Source: Malacoraja senta (taxonomy: Eukaryota). From it: a stretch of 52,933 bases of DNA. The position numbers were made by a program, and so were the translations under genes. The notes beneath the pieces are model-generated. The model had not been told where the DNA came from and did no database searches. It saw nothing but the letters and a program-made list of their open reading frames with translations. Positions 1-11,889 of the stretch are shown here, in pieces (position 1 is the stretch's first letter; each line of letters starts with the position of its first letter). The stretch covers positions 310,001-362,933 of the forward strand of contig JAXLNO010002386.1 of NCBI GenBank assembly GCA_038087875.1, read 5' to 3'.

Positions 1-803
1 CGGCGTTGGTCCCAACACCGCATGGTGCTCACAAAAAACCAACAATGTTGAAAAATCTTTTCCTACCGCACAGCCGCCGCCAGTGAGGCACGAGTGCAGC
101 ACGGGCACCGCCACAGCCGCCGCCACAGCGCCGCGATCACCACTACCGCCGCCACAGCCCCGCGATACGAAATGACGTCATCGCGTAGCGCGTCGCGTTG
201 CACGATGATGTCATCGCGTAGCGCGTCGCGTTGCATGATGTCGTCATCACCCGATGCCGCAAGCTTGTGTATAATTCCTGTAAATTTAGTGTTTAATTCC
301 TGTAAATTAATAGCCATTTAAATCATCTTGCGAGTGGGATTTTGTGGAACGCGCTGGTTTGGAACGTTGCGGTTACACTGAATTAAACCCCAATATCGGC
401 AGGAAAAATACTGCCGGTTGGTATATTTACATAATCACATTTTCGCAACTTGAAATTTTTATTAAAGGCATCCTAAGAAGCAAGTTTATATGAAAAAATA
501 AACGGTGTACCTTGCCTTGTCCCGTGCGTGAAATCCGTCCCGTTGTCGGCGTTGACGGCATTTGAAGATGATTTTAATTTTACTCCAACAATTAAATTAT
601 AAAGCGCTAATTTGAATAAACTTAATAAAACGGCAGTCACAGCGATTTTTCTTCATCAACTATTTAACCTGTTCAAGATCGTTTAGAACAGGCTGCCGAA
701 ATATCGCATTTTAAACCCGCCCCCCTCTCAAAGGCGCCAAAGTCGCGCACACGGGCAGTGACAGAACTGCAGCGCCACTGAAGGTAAGTTTTGTAACATA
801 CCT
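1..803. mobile_element. Right part of a CpG-rich non-autonomous DNA transposon (Kolobok-like terminus ...TTTTGTAACATACCT)
   Basis: GC/CpG-rich non-coding body with internal tandem repeats, ending abruptly at CCT before AT-rich DNA. The left end lies outside the window, so the superfamily is tentative. Confidence 0.4.
172..237. repeat. 33-bp tandem duplication ATGAYGTCATCGCGTAGCGCGTCGCGTTGCAYG x2
   Basis: Two adjacent near-identical copies are directly visible. Confidence 0.9.
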
Positions 804-920
804 AGAGTGTGTAGTAATATTTTCAAAACAATATTTGAAATGACATAAGACCAAGATTGCGTGAGAAGTCATCTTCTGATACAGTTTTGGATTTGGCAGG
901 AAATGCTAAAAATATGGTTT

Positions 921-1215
921 GGCACGGTGGTGCAGCGGCTGATCTGCTGCCTTACAGCACAAGGGACCCGGGTTTGATCCTGACTACGGTTTCAGTCTGC
1001 AAGGAGTTTGTACGTACTTCCCATGACAGGCGCAGGTTTCCTCCGGGTGCTCCGGATTCCTCCCACACTCCAATGACATACCAATTTGCTCAGTAAAATT
1101 CTAAATTGTCCCAAGCGTGCATAGAATAGTGATAGTATGCGGGGATCGCTGGTCGGCGAGGATTCGGTGGGCTGAAGGACCGGTTTCTGCACTGTATCTC
1201 TAAATTAAACTAAAT
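921..1215 (+). mobile_element. HE1-type tRNA-derived V-SINE
   Basis: Head GGCACGGTGGTGCAGCGG...GGGTTTGATCC, V-core TCCGGGTGCTCCGG..TCCTCCCAC, CR1-like 3' end and (TAAAC)n-type tail. Confidence 0.85.
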
Positions 1216-1789
1216 ACCTAGAAAGCAAGGAAAAGTTCAAGCCTAAGGAGAGGAAATCTGAATTCGCATTCTAGACCTTCATCATTTAATTTGGCAAATA
1301 AATTGTTGCAACTCTACCTCCACAGATGCTGTTGGATCATTTCCAACATGTTATATTTCTGTGTCAAGTTTATAGCACCATGTCATTATTTTCCACTGAA
1401 AATGGAAAGGTTGTTTGATAGATTTGTAATGTAATCATAGCCTAGAACATGGGTCTTTTGCTGATTAATATTGAGTCCAGCAATACATTCCTCAGGGCTT
1501 GAGCAATTGTGCTCTTGACCTGCTGTGAATATATCAGAGAGAAGAGTAAGGATGTGTAAAAGTGTAGGTATGCCGGCTGAAGTATGTAAATTTTTGAGAT
1601 GGTAGAGAAAATGGGAAGATGAATCACTTCTGTTCAGAAGACATTTAACAATGTTACACTTAAAGTGTTCATAAACATTTGTGAGGTAGGATCAGGTTAT
1701 TTGACTGGAAGGTAATTTTCCCCAAGTGAATGTGGGTGGTGGGAAAATTGAGAGAGGAGATTAATTGGAATGTGAGATTTACATGGAAA

Positions 1790-2560
1790 CATAGAAAATA
1801 CTGTAGGTGCAGGAGTAGGCACGTAAGCCTGACCTGTTTAACCCCCTGGAGATGGTCTGTAGTGATACCTTCTAACGAGGTTTTATGTAACTAACAATAT
1901 TGCTAGTTCAGAGTCTATAAGGCTCTTAGGGACCTTAACATTCTGGTGTAGATGTGTGACCCCACACAACCCAAGGTCCATGGGATATGCAAACATCTAG
2001 TTTGACCTTATGCCCCTGGTCTACTCTGCTTGACTAAGTCATAAACATAAAACCTTATTATTGCCCGCAGATCTTCCTATCCAGTGTTAACTTATGCAAT
2101 GACTGGACCCGTTGCGCTGAACTCAGCGCCATGAGCATAATCACTAGTAAGTGAGTTTGACCAAGGACAGGGATGTAGCTGGAGCCCACCGGCGAATTGA
2201 CGTAGCTCAATGTTAACAACCCATATCTCTACGTCCCTAGGCCTGGGAGGTTTTGAGTTGAAGATACCCTTCATAATCTAGATGTCAGAGGGTGAAGACC
2301 GCGCCAGCACGCATGCTGATCATCCAAAATCAGTACCCCGTTCCTGCTTTTTACCCATACCCTTCATTCCATTAGCCCTAAGAGCTAAATCTAACTCTAT
2401 ATTGAAAACATCCAGTGAATTGGTCTCCACTGCCTTCTGTGGCAGAGAATACCACAGATAATCAACTCTCTGGGTGAAAACGTTTTTCCTTATCTCATTC
2501 CTAAATGGCCTATCCCTTATTTTTAAACTATGACACAAGTTTCTGTGTTCGATGACTTTA
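1790..2560 (-). mobile_element. CR1 3' fragment interrupted by an unassigned ~490-bp insert (1821-2311)
   Basis: Flanks match the 3' end of the CR1 at 36738-40557 (TAGGTGCAGGAGTAGGC...CTGATCATCC). Confidence 0.8.
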
Positions 2561-2592
2561 TTCTCCTCAGTGATTTGGTGCACACGTTAATA

Positions 2593-3031
2593 GTTTAGTT
2601 TAGAGATATAGAGCAGAAACAGGCCCTTTGGCCCACCGAGTCCGCACCGGACAGCGATTCCCACACCATAACGCTACCCTACACACAAACCTGGGACAAT
2701 TTAATATTTACACCAAGCCCATGTATGTTTTTGGACTGTGGGAGGAAATCGATGGTCTTGGAGAAAACCCATGCAGATCACAGGGAGAACGTACAAACTC
2801 CATACAGACAGCACCTATAGTTAGGATCGAACCCGGGTCTCTGGCACTGTGAGGCAGTCACTCTACCAGGTCTACAGAACCCGGGTCTCTGGCACTGTGA
2901 GGCAGTCACTCTACCAGGTCTACAGAACCCGGGTCTCTGGCACTGTGAGGCAGTCACTCTACCAGGTCTACAGAACCCGGGTCTCTGACACTGTGAGGTA
3001 GTTGCTCTACCTCTACTGCACCGTGCCACCC
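2593..3031 (-). mobile_element. HE1-type SINE with an internal 48-bp tandem array (2829-3010)
   Basis: SINE tail, core and head on the - strand. Unit GAACCCGGGTCTCTGGCACTGTGAGGCAGTCACTCTACCAGGTCTACA starts at 2829, 2877, 2925 and 2973 (partial). Confidence 0.9.
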
Positions 3032-3049
3032 ATAATAGTGCTATCCAAA

Positions 3050-3955
3050 AGTCAAGAGAGTTTTTTTGTCATGTGTCCCAGATAGGACAATGAATTCTTG
3101 CTTGCTGCAGCACAACAGAATATGTAAACATAATACAGAGATAAAAGTTCAGTGTGTCTATATACCATAGACCATATATATACACAATAAATAAACATTT
3201 AAAGTGCAATAGGCTGTTATTGTTCAGAGTTTGTTTGATGTCGTGTTTAATAGCCTGATGGCTGTGGGGAAGAAGCTGTTCTTGAACCTGGATGTTCCAG
3301 ATTTCAAGCTCCTGCACCTTCTTCCTGATGGCAACGGAGAGATGAGTGTGTGGCCAGGATGGTGCGGGTCTGTTGGCAGCCATTTTGAGGCAGCGACTGC
3401 GATGGATCCCTTCGATGGAAGGGAGGTCAGAGCCGAAGATGCACTGGGCAGTAGTCACAAACTTTGTGGATTCTTTTCCGCTCCTGGACGTTCAAGTTAC
3501 CGAACCCAGCCACGATGCAACCAGTCAGCATGCTCTCTACTGTGCACCTGTAGAAGTCTGAGAGAGTCCTCCTTGACATACCAACTCTCCGTAATCTTCT
3601 CAGGAAGTAGAGGCGCTGCTGTGCCTTCTTTATGATTGCATCAGTGTGTTGGGACCTGGAAAGATCTTCGGAAATACGCACGCCCAGGAATTTGAAGTTC
3701 TTGACCCTTTCCACCATCGTCCCAGGATATAAACGGGATTGTGGGTTCCTATCCTACCTCTTCCAAAGTCCACAATCAGTTCCTTGGTTTTACTGGTGTT
3801 GAGGGCCGGGTTATTGTGCTGGCACCATTTGGTCAATCGGTCGATCTCACTAATATACTCTGACTCATCACCATCAGTGATTCGTCCCACAAAAGTGGTG
3901 TCGTCGGCGAACTTGATGATGGAGTTCGGACTACGTCTGGCTACGCAGTCATGAG
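3050..3955 (-). mobile_element. Rex1/Babar-type LINE 3' fragment (RT C-terminus, frameshifted)
   Basis: KFADD (about 3905-3915), SKTKELIVDF, FKFLGVRIS...KKAQQRLYFLRRL, and a Rex1-like tail. Confidence 0.85.
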
Positions 3956-4091
3956 TTTAGAGTGAGTACAGAAGAACAGTTTTCTTGTTTTTCAGTCATC
4001 AATATTCTCACTAGAATGGGCCATAAAAAAGTACTTCCTGTGGAAAAAGTTCAGTAACTTGGGGGAAAAATATTTAAACTAATTGGTCAAC

Positions 4092-4254
4092 TAAATTGTA
4101 AAAGACAATGTAAAAAGAATACACATGTGATCCATGAACTAGTTCAAAGAGCTGCCTTGCCTCAGGCACCATCCACTGAATGCTGCCGAGTGGTGTATTG
4201 TGGAATACTTTGTAAGATTGCATGGAATAAAAATATACATCAATCATAATTAAT
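4092..4254 (+). repeat. 163-bp direct repeat, left copy (TSD); right copy 5158-5320
   Basis: The two copies differ at one position by eye (gagCtgcc/gagTtgcc). Confidence 0.92.
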
Positions 4255-5157
4255 GTGCATAAATGTTCGATTAATGTAAGACACACTTTAATACAATTTA
4301 AAATTTTACATAGATTATATTATTCAAAAACTAAAATTCATAAAATTTTCCCTAATGTATCATCTATTTGTGATAAATGTCAATCCCAAGAAGCTACTAT
4401 AGCGCACTCATTCGTTTTCTGTACAAAAATTCAAAAAATTTGGAATGAAATTTTTGAAATCTTTACAAAGTTATTTAAAACAAGACTGATACCCAAAGCA
4501 GAATGGATTATCTTCGGAATAACGGAAGATGGTCCAGAACTAAATGTGTTTCAAAAGAAACTAATGGACTATGGGTTAATAACTGGAAAAAAGCTAATTC
4601 TAAAATTTTGGAAGAAGGCTCCAATACCAACTATAAATATGTGGATTTCAAATATGTTTGAAACATTACACCTAGAAGAGATAAGACTCCTCCTAGCAGG
4701 TAAACCAGATCATTTCCACCTGACGTGGTCTGCATTTATAGAATTATTACAAAAATAGGGTGCAAAAGTACTTTAAAAAAAAATTAAAAAAATTGAGGTC
4801 AGGTAAGGGGGGATGATAGTTGAAGAGTTGGTATGTCCCATTTACGTAATGCTCAAAAAAATATTTGTTTCTCTCTTTTTCCTCTTTCTCTTTCTCTTTC
4901 TTTTCTAGGGCCTATTTCTTAACTCTTTTTCTTTTGTTTTTAATTTTGCTCTTATAGGGTCTTTGTCCTTTTTTGTTGTCACATTTCCTACACTTTCACT
5001 TTTTCCTTCACTTTCTTCTTTCTTTCAATGTTTTCCTTTTCTAGTGTAAAAATAAATGGAGTACATTAATTGTAAGAAGATATAAATGACGAGTACTAAT
5101 GTATGCGGTTGTAATGTAATGTACTTCTAATAAATAAAAATTAAAAAAAAAAAATAA
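4255..5157 (+). mobile_element. 5'-truncated L1/Tx1 fragment (ORF2 C-terminal Cys domain, 3'UTR, polyA)
   Basis: ORF 4255-4758 QFKILHRLY...CDKC...HSFVFC, T-rich 3'UTR, AATAAA and A-tail at about 5130-5155. Flanked by 163-bp direct repeats. Confidence 0.9.
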
Positions 5158-5367
5158 TAAATTGTAAAAGACAATGTAAAAAGAATACACATGTGATCCA
5201 TGAACTAGTTCAAAGAGTTGCCTTGCCTCAGGCACCATCCACTGAATGCTGCCGAGTGGTGTATTGTGGAATACTTTGTAAGATTGCATGGAATAAAAAT
5301 ATACATCAATCATAATTAATTTAAATGGCACAGAGGATGCCAGGTTTTATTTACACTCTGTTGTGTT

Positions 5368-6411
5368 AAAGAAGGAACTGCAGATGCTGGAAAATCGAAG
5401 GTACACAAAAATGCTGGAGAAACTCAGCGGGTGCAGCAGCATCTGTGGAGCGAAGGAAATAGGCAACGTTTCGGGCCGAAACCCTTCTTCAGACTGAAAG
5501 GGGGTGGGGAGAAGAAAGGAAAAAAGGAAAAAAGGCGGAGGAGGAGCCCGAGGGCTGGGGGAGGGGAGGAGACAACCAGAGGGTTGATGAAGGGGAGGGG
5601 ACAGCAAGGGCTAGCAGAGTTGGGAGAATTCAATGTTCAAGCCACCAGGATGTAGACTACCCAAGCGGAATATGAGGTGCATTTCCTCCAATTTACGGTG
5701 TTGCTCGCTGTGGCCATGGAGGAGACCCAGGACAGAGAGGTCATATACGGAATGGGAGGGGGAGTTGAAGTGCTGAGCCACCGGGAGGTCAAGTTGGTTA
5801 TTGCGGACCGACCGGAGGTGTTGGGCGAAACGATCGCCAAGCCTCCGCTTGGTCTCACCGATGTAGATCAGCTGGCATCTAGAGCAGCGGATGCAATAGA
5901 TGAGGTTGGAGGAGATGCAGGTGAACCTCTGTCGCACCTGGAACGACTGCTTGGGTCCTTGGATGGAGTCGAGGGGGGAGGTGAAGGGACAAGTGTTGCA
6001 TCTCTTGCGGTTGCAAGGGAAAGTACCCGGGGAGGGGGTGGTACGGGAGGGAAGGGAAGAATTGACAAGGGAGTTACGGAGGGAGCGGTCTTTGCGGAAG
6101 GCAGACATGGGGGGAGATGGGAAGATGTGGCGAGTGGTGGGGTCACGTTGGAGGTGGCGAAACTGACGGAGGATCACTTGTTGTATGTGACGGCTGGTGG
6201 GGTGAAAGGTGAGGACCAGGGGGACTCTGCCCTTGTTGTGAGTGGGGGGATGGGGAGAGAGAGCAGTGTTGCGGGGTGTGGCAGAGACCCTGGTGCGAGC
6301 CTCATCTATGGTGGAGGAGGGGAACCCCCGTTCCCTGAAGAATGAGGACATTTCAGATGCCCTGGTGTGGAACGCCTCATCCTGGGAGCAGACGCGGCGT
6401 AGACGGAGGAA
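5368..6411 (-). mobile_element. Penelope-like element 3' part: GIY-YIG endonuclease plus pseudo-LTR
   Basis: ORF 5611-6351: C..C..C linker, NLIYCIRC...IYIGETKRRLGDRF..H...VAQHFN...RKLEE...GLN. The pLTR contains a hammerhead. Confidence 0.92.
5462..5496 (-). ncRNA. Minimal type I hammerhead ribozyme (PLE pLTR)
   Basis: - strand agtCUGAAGA-A-GGGU(UUCG)GCCC-GAAAC-GUU-gcc: intact core, UUCG-capped helix II and palindromic ACGU helix III. Helix I is only 2 bp. Confidence 0.75.
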
Positions 6412-6494
6412 TGTTTACACTTTATTTGGAGACACAGAACAATGCTGCACAAGGCACGATGTACAGGAAGGAACTGCTGATGCTGGTTAAAACT

Positions 6495-7184
6495 CTCCAG
6501 TGAGTCCCTCAGCCCGTACTCCTGCAGTCTGGAATGGACAGATGATGTTTTGGGTCAGACACTTCTTCAGACTGATTGTAATAGAAAGCTGAAAAAGAGA
6601 TGTGGAGCTGGGACAAAGCCTGGCAAGTGATACAGGCGATAAGACACAAAAAGCTGGAGTAATACAGGCAACATCTCTGGAGAGAAGGAATGGGTGATGT
6701 TTCTGGTCAAGACCCTTCTTCTGACCCTTTGTCACCTTTTCACCTCTAGCCGTTGCCACTTACTCCACCCGTCTACTTATCAAAATCTGTTCTCAACTCG
6801 CACCAGCTTCTCGTTTTCACCCAACAAATAAATAACAATGGCCTGTTTTCCTTTATCATCGTTACTTTTTTGCATATCTTTCATTCATTGTTCTTTATCT
6901 CTCAACATCATTTTCTATATCTCTTGTTTCCCTTATCCCCAACTAGTCTGAAGAAGAATCTCGACCTAAAAAGGCACCCATTCCTTCTCTCCAGAGATGT
7001 TGCCTGGCCCGCTGAGTTACTCCAGCATTTTATGTCTTATCACCTGTATCACTTGCCAGGCTTTGTCCCAGCCCCACATCTCTTTTTCAGCTTTCTATTA
7101 CAATCAGTCTGAAGAAGTGTCTGACCCAAAACATCATCTGTCCATTCCAGATTGCAGGACTACGTGCTGAGGGACTCACTGGAG
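6495..7184. repeat. Large inverted repeat (arms about 6495-6721 and 6948-7184) built from PLE pLTR pieces
   Basis: The outer ~168 bp of the arms are reverse complements with 7 mismatches counted by eye. Four decayed hammerhead-like motifs, two per strand. Confidence 0.88.
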
Positions 7185-7529
7185 CTTGGTGCAGCCAACA
7201 CCAAGGCTCAGTGGAGGTCTACAGTCTAGGGTCCTTCGTGGCAATACATTGGGGGGCTGCAACTGGTGAAGACGGCCCTCAAACAAGGGACGGGCTATTA
7301 ACCCAGGAGGGCTATACGAGTGGCAAGGGTGCTTGATATAAGGATAGTTTGTGAACACAACCAAAAATAACCGTAATTAATCCATGTGTGGACACTGAGA
7401 ATGGCAGAAACGTTGTTTGCCCTGTTCTTATTTTGTATACATTTCATTATTCTGAATAATATTTATCCTTGGTGGGGAAAAAATCCCTCCAGATATTACC
7501 TGACCTGCTGAGTCCCTGCAGCCCTTTGT

Positions 7530-8760
7530 GTTTTGCAGTGGATAGTATATATGATGTGGATGTGAATATTGGTGGTTTGATTAGTAGGTTTACAGATGAC
7601 ATGTACATTGAAGAAGGTTGTCTATGGATCCAGTGGGATACAGATTAGCTAGAGAGCTGGATGGAGCAATAACAGAAGGAATGTAATCCAGACATGTGTG
7701 AAGTTGTGCGTGTCGGCATGTCATGTTCTAGTAGGACATAAACGGTAAGAACCTGGGGGGTGTTAATATACAGAGTGTCCTTGGGTTGCAAGTTCATTGA
7801 TACGTGAAAATGCTGACAAGGGTAGACAGGAAAGCAAAGAATGCACTTTGGCATGCTTGTCCACTTAGACAGAGAAACATATAAAATTGGTGCAGGAGTA
7901 GGCCATTTGGCCCTTCAAGCCAGCACCACCATTCAATATGGTCATGGGTGATCAACCAGAATCAGTACCCTGTTCCTGCTTTCTCCCCATATCCCTTGAT
8001 TTCGTTAACCCTAAGAGCTAACTCTCTCTTGAATACATTCAGTGAATTGGTCTCCGCTGCCTTCTGTGGCAGAGAATTCCACAGATTCACAACACTCTGG
8101 GTGAAAAGGTTTTCCCCATCTCAATCCTAAATGGCCTACCCCTTATTCGTAACCTGTGACCCCTGGTTCTGGACTCCCCCAACATTGAGAATATTTTTCC
8201 TGCATCTAGTCTGTCAAATCCATTATTAGTATTCTATTTCTATCAGATACCCTCTCATCCTTCTGAATTCCAGTGAATATAATCCCAGTCGATTCATTCT
8301 TTTATTATATGACAGTCCCGCCATCCCGGGAATTAACCTAGTGAACTTTGCTGCACTCCTTCAATAGCAAGAATGTCCTTCCTCAAACTAGGCGACCAAG
8401 ACTGCACAAAATACTCCAGGTGCAGTCTCACCAGGGCCCTGTATAACTGAATAGACTCTGGCATCAAGTATATGAGTTGAGAAATCAAACAAAACATTGG
8501 TTAGGCTGCACATGGAGTATTGTGTAGAGTTCTGATCGCTCCACTACTAACATTACTGTGTGGGGATCACTGGTCGGCGTGGGCCGAAGGGCCTGTTTCT
8601 GCAATGTATCTCTAAACTGAAAAGGATGTGATGGCATCAAAAATAGTGCAGAATGGTTTTGCCAGGTTGTTGCCTGGAATAGAGGTCTGGTGTTATGTGA
8701 AGAGATTGGATAGGCTGCATTTATTCTCACTAGAATGCAGGAGTGAAATAATGAGGGCTA
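7530..8760. mobile_element. Decayed + strand CR1 RT fragment interrupted by a - strand CR1 3' fragment (about 7875-8445)
   Basis: Degenerate CR1 RT C-terminal sequence, plus a CR1 3' end matching 36760-37320. Confidence 0.7.
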
Positions 8761-8771
8761 TAGATTGTGTC

Positions 8772-9215
8772 AGAAGGAACTGCAGATGCTGGTTTAAACT
8801 GAAGAAAGACACAAAAAGCTGAAGTAACTCAATGGGACACGCAGCATCATTGGAGAGAAGGAATGGGTGATATTTCGGGTTGAGACCTTTTTGGGTCGAA
8901 ACCCTTCTTCAGGAAGGACCTACAGATGCTGGTTTACACCGAAGACAGACATAAAATGCTGGAGTAACTCAGTGGGACAGGCTGTATCACTGGAGAGAAG
9001 GAATGGGTGACATTTCGGGTCGACATCCTTCTTCAGGAAGGATTAACAGATGTTGGTTTACACCGAAGACAGACATAAAATGCTGGAGTAACTCAGCAGG
9101 ACAGGCAGCATCTTTGGAGGGAAGGAATGAGTGACGTTTCTAAACATCATCCATTCCTTCTCTCCATAAATACTGCCTGCCCTGCTGAGTTACTCCAGCA
9201 TTTTGTGTCTATCTT
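8772..9215. repeat. Three tandem PLE pLTR units (starts 8772, 8911, 9035; about 124 bp) followed by an inverted unit
   Basis: Repeated AGGAAGGA..CAGATGCTGGTTTA...GAAGGAATG.GTGA..TTTC, then reverse-complement sequence at 9141-9215. Confidence 0.88.
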
Positions 9216-9671
9216 TGGGGTATAGATAGGATAGAGAGTAACTGTCTCTTTCCCGGGGCAGTGGAGACTAGAACTGGAGGTTTAAGGTGATGGGAGAGAA
9301 ATGTCAAGGGGATCTGAGCAGACGATTCTCACCGCAGGAGTTATCTGGAATGAGCTGCAGGGGAGATGGTAGAGGCAGATATAATCACAATGTCTATAAA
9401 GCATTTGGACTTTTGGTAGGAAAGTCAGGGAGGGATAAGGGCGTAATTCATGTAATTGTAGATAAACATCTCGGTCAGCATAGACAAGATTGTGCAAAAG
9501 GGCCTGTTTATATGCTGCATGATTCAGTTTATTTTAAGATTCTTTCTGTGGTTTTCATGTTGCTATCTCTATTAGCCAGAATAAGCACTGAAAATGGCTC
9601 AAGCAGTCTACACCAGAGAGAACACTGCGTGAACCAAAGGAAGTGAGATAGGTAAAATAGGTTATTTCGTT

Positions 9672-11705
9672 TTTTAGTTTAGATACACAGCGTAGAAACA
9701 GGCCTTTCTGCCCACCGAGTCTGCACCGGCCAGCGACTAACCCGCACACTAATACTATCCTATGTACACGAGGGACAATTTGACACATGCATCAAGCCAA
9801 TTAACCTACATTCCTGCACGTCTTTGGAGTGTGGGAGGAAATCGAAGATCTCAGCGAAAATCCACGCAGGTCACGGGGAGAACGTACTAACTCCATACAG
9901 ACAGCACCCATAGTCAGGATTGAAACCGGGTCTCTGGCACTGCAAACACTGTAAGGCAGCAACTCTACCACTGTGCCACTGTGCCACCCTTATTGGTAAC
10001 TTTGTGTGAACTTATTTTGTTAGGATGCAAATTCTATGGGATCGCTTTCTCAAAGAGATAGATAATGATGTAGAAACAACGAACTGCAGATGCTGGTTTG
10101 TACCAAAGAGTGTCACAAAGTGCTGGAGTAACTCAACGGGTCAGAGGTGTTCTACAGCATCTCTGTAGATAAAGGATGGGTGAAGCTTCAGGTTGGGATC
10201 CTTCTTCAGATTGATGTATCGGGTTGGGACCCTTCTTCAGACTAATCCTGCTTGAGACTGAAGTTGGGTCCTGACACGAAGTGTCATCCAGCCTTTTTCT
10301 CCAGAGATGCTGCCGGTCTCGCTGAGTTACTTTAGCACTCTGTGTCTAAGGTTGATAATGAGTTGTTCAATCCTGATTTTTTGTGATGTTAAATTTCTGC
10401 ATGTTCACAGGGCAGACTGTGAGAGTAAACAGTTCAAAAACTAGTCTAGCAGGAAATGTGTGGTATTTGAGTAAGTGTGAATGTGGGGCCTCTCCAGTGA
10501 GATGATTGGGGAACTCCCTGACAAAGGGGGATGTGGTGAACAAGTCACCAGGAGGTCATATCAAAGCAGAAGTTAAATGTTACATTGATATTTTTAGTCT
10601 GCTCTTGATGTACTGGCATGGTGCAATCCGATTTGGACAACTTACTGTATATTGCAGCTGAAGATGGTATAGATATATAGCATTGGAACAGGCTCTTCAG
10701 CCCACCAAGTCCACGCTGAACAGCGATCACCGTACAATAGCAATATCCTATAGACTAGCAACAATTTATAATCTTTACCAAACCCTATTAAACTACAAAC
10801 TCATCTTTGGAGTGTGGGAGGAAGCTGGAGCACCCAGGGAAAACCCACAGGTAGAATGTAAAAACTCCATACAGACAGCACCCATGGTCAGGATTGAACC
10901 TGGCGGTCTCTTGAGCTGTAAGGCAGTAACTCTACCGCTGTTCCACCGTGTCACCCTTTTGTGGGGATCATGCAGAAGCCTCCTCGTGGCAATCCACGGA
11001 ACCGACTACACGATGCACTCTGTGATGCGTCGAGCGACCAATTCTGTCAACATGTTGGACGACGACAGAAGCCAACAGTGAGCTACACCTCGTCTGACAC
11101 ACGAGCGAATGAACCCTTGTTAGACTAATCAATAAGTTTACGACTTATGAATATGATGTGATGCAACTAATTGAGAGTGCAGCATAGAGAGTGCAGCACA
11201 GAAACAAGCCCTTTGACCCATCAAGTCCATACTAACTATTTTGGGACCTAATCTCTTTTTATCTCCTGATATTTCCAATACCTACCCCTAGATTTTACTC
11301 TTTAACGACACACGGAGCAATAAATGGTGGCCTGTGAACCAAATAACTGCCGTGACTTTCCTTTGTGGGTGGAATATCTGAATATCATATTTCCAAATGT
11401 TGATCAGTAAGGGCGGCACGGTGGGGCAGCGATAGAGTTGCTGCCTTAAAGTGTCAGAGCCCCGGGTCCGATCCTGACTATGGGTGCTGTCTGTACGGAG
11501 TTTGTACATTCTCCCCATGACCAGTGGGTTTTCGCCAAGATCTTCGGTTTCCTCCCACACTCCAAAGACGTATAGGTTTGTAGGTTAATAGGCTTGATAT
11601 AAATGTAAATTGTCCTTCGTGTGTAGGATAGTGTTAATGTGCAGGGATCTGTGCGGACTCGTGCTGAAGGGCCTGTTTCCACACTGTATCTCTAAACTAA
11701 ACTAA
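9672..11705. mobile_element. Cluster of HE1-type SINEs (about 9672-9990 -, 10680-10955 -, 11411-11705 +) and a palindromic pLTR unit (about 10080-10330)
   Basis: SINE head, core and tail motifs as at 921-1215. Confidence 0.8.
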
Positions 11706-11889
11706 AATAATCTAAGTAAGCTTGATATTTAGAATCATATACAGCATAGAAACAGGCCCTTCAGCCCAGCTTATCTATGCCAGCCAAGATGCCTCATCTA
11801 CCCTTGACCCACCTATCTATATTTTAGGTACACAAAAATGCTGGAGAAACTCAGCGGGTGCAGCAGCATCTATGGAGCGAAGGAAATAC

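Noticed and set aside
921-1000. tRNA-like sequences here and in other SINE heads
   Set aside because: They are tRNA-derived SINE promoters followed by the V-core, with no complete cloverleaf.
5677-6345. 222-aa + strand ORF and similar ORFs at 14613-15061, 37112-37504 and 40084-40485
   Set aside because: These are antisense or alternative-frame shadows of PLE and CR1 coding sequence with no independent protein features.
7401-7511. ATG in good Kozak context encoding MAETLFALFLFCIHFII as a leader exon
   Set aside because: The only phase-1 donor (T|GTATAC) is weak and gives a leader that is too short. The frame otherwise stops after 36 codons.
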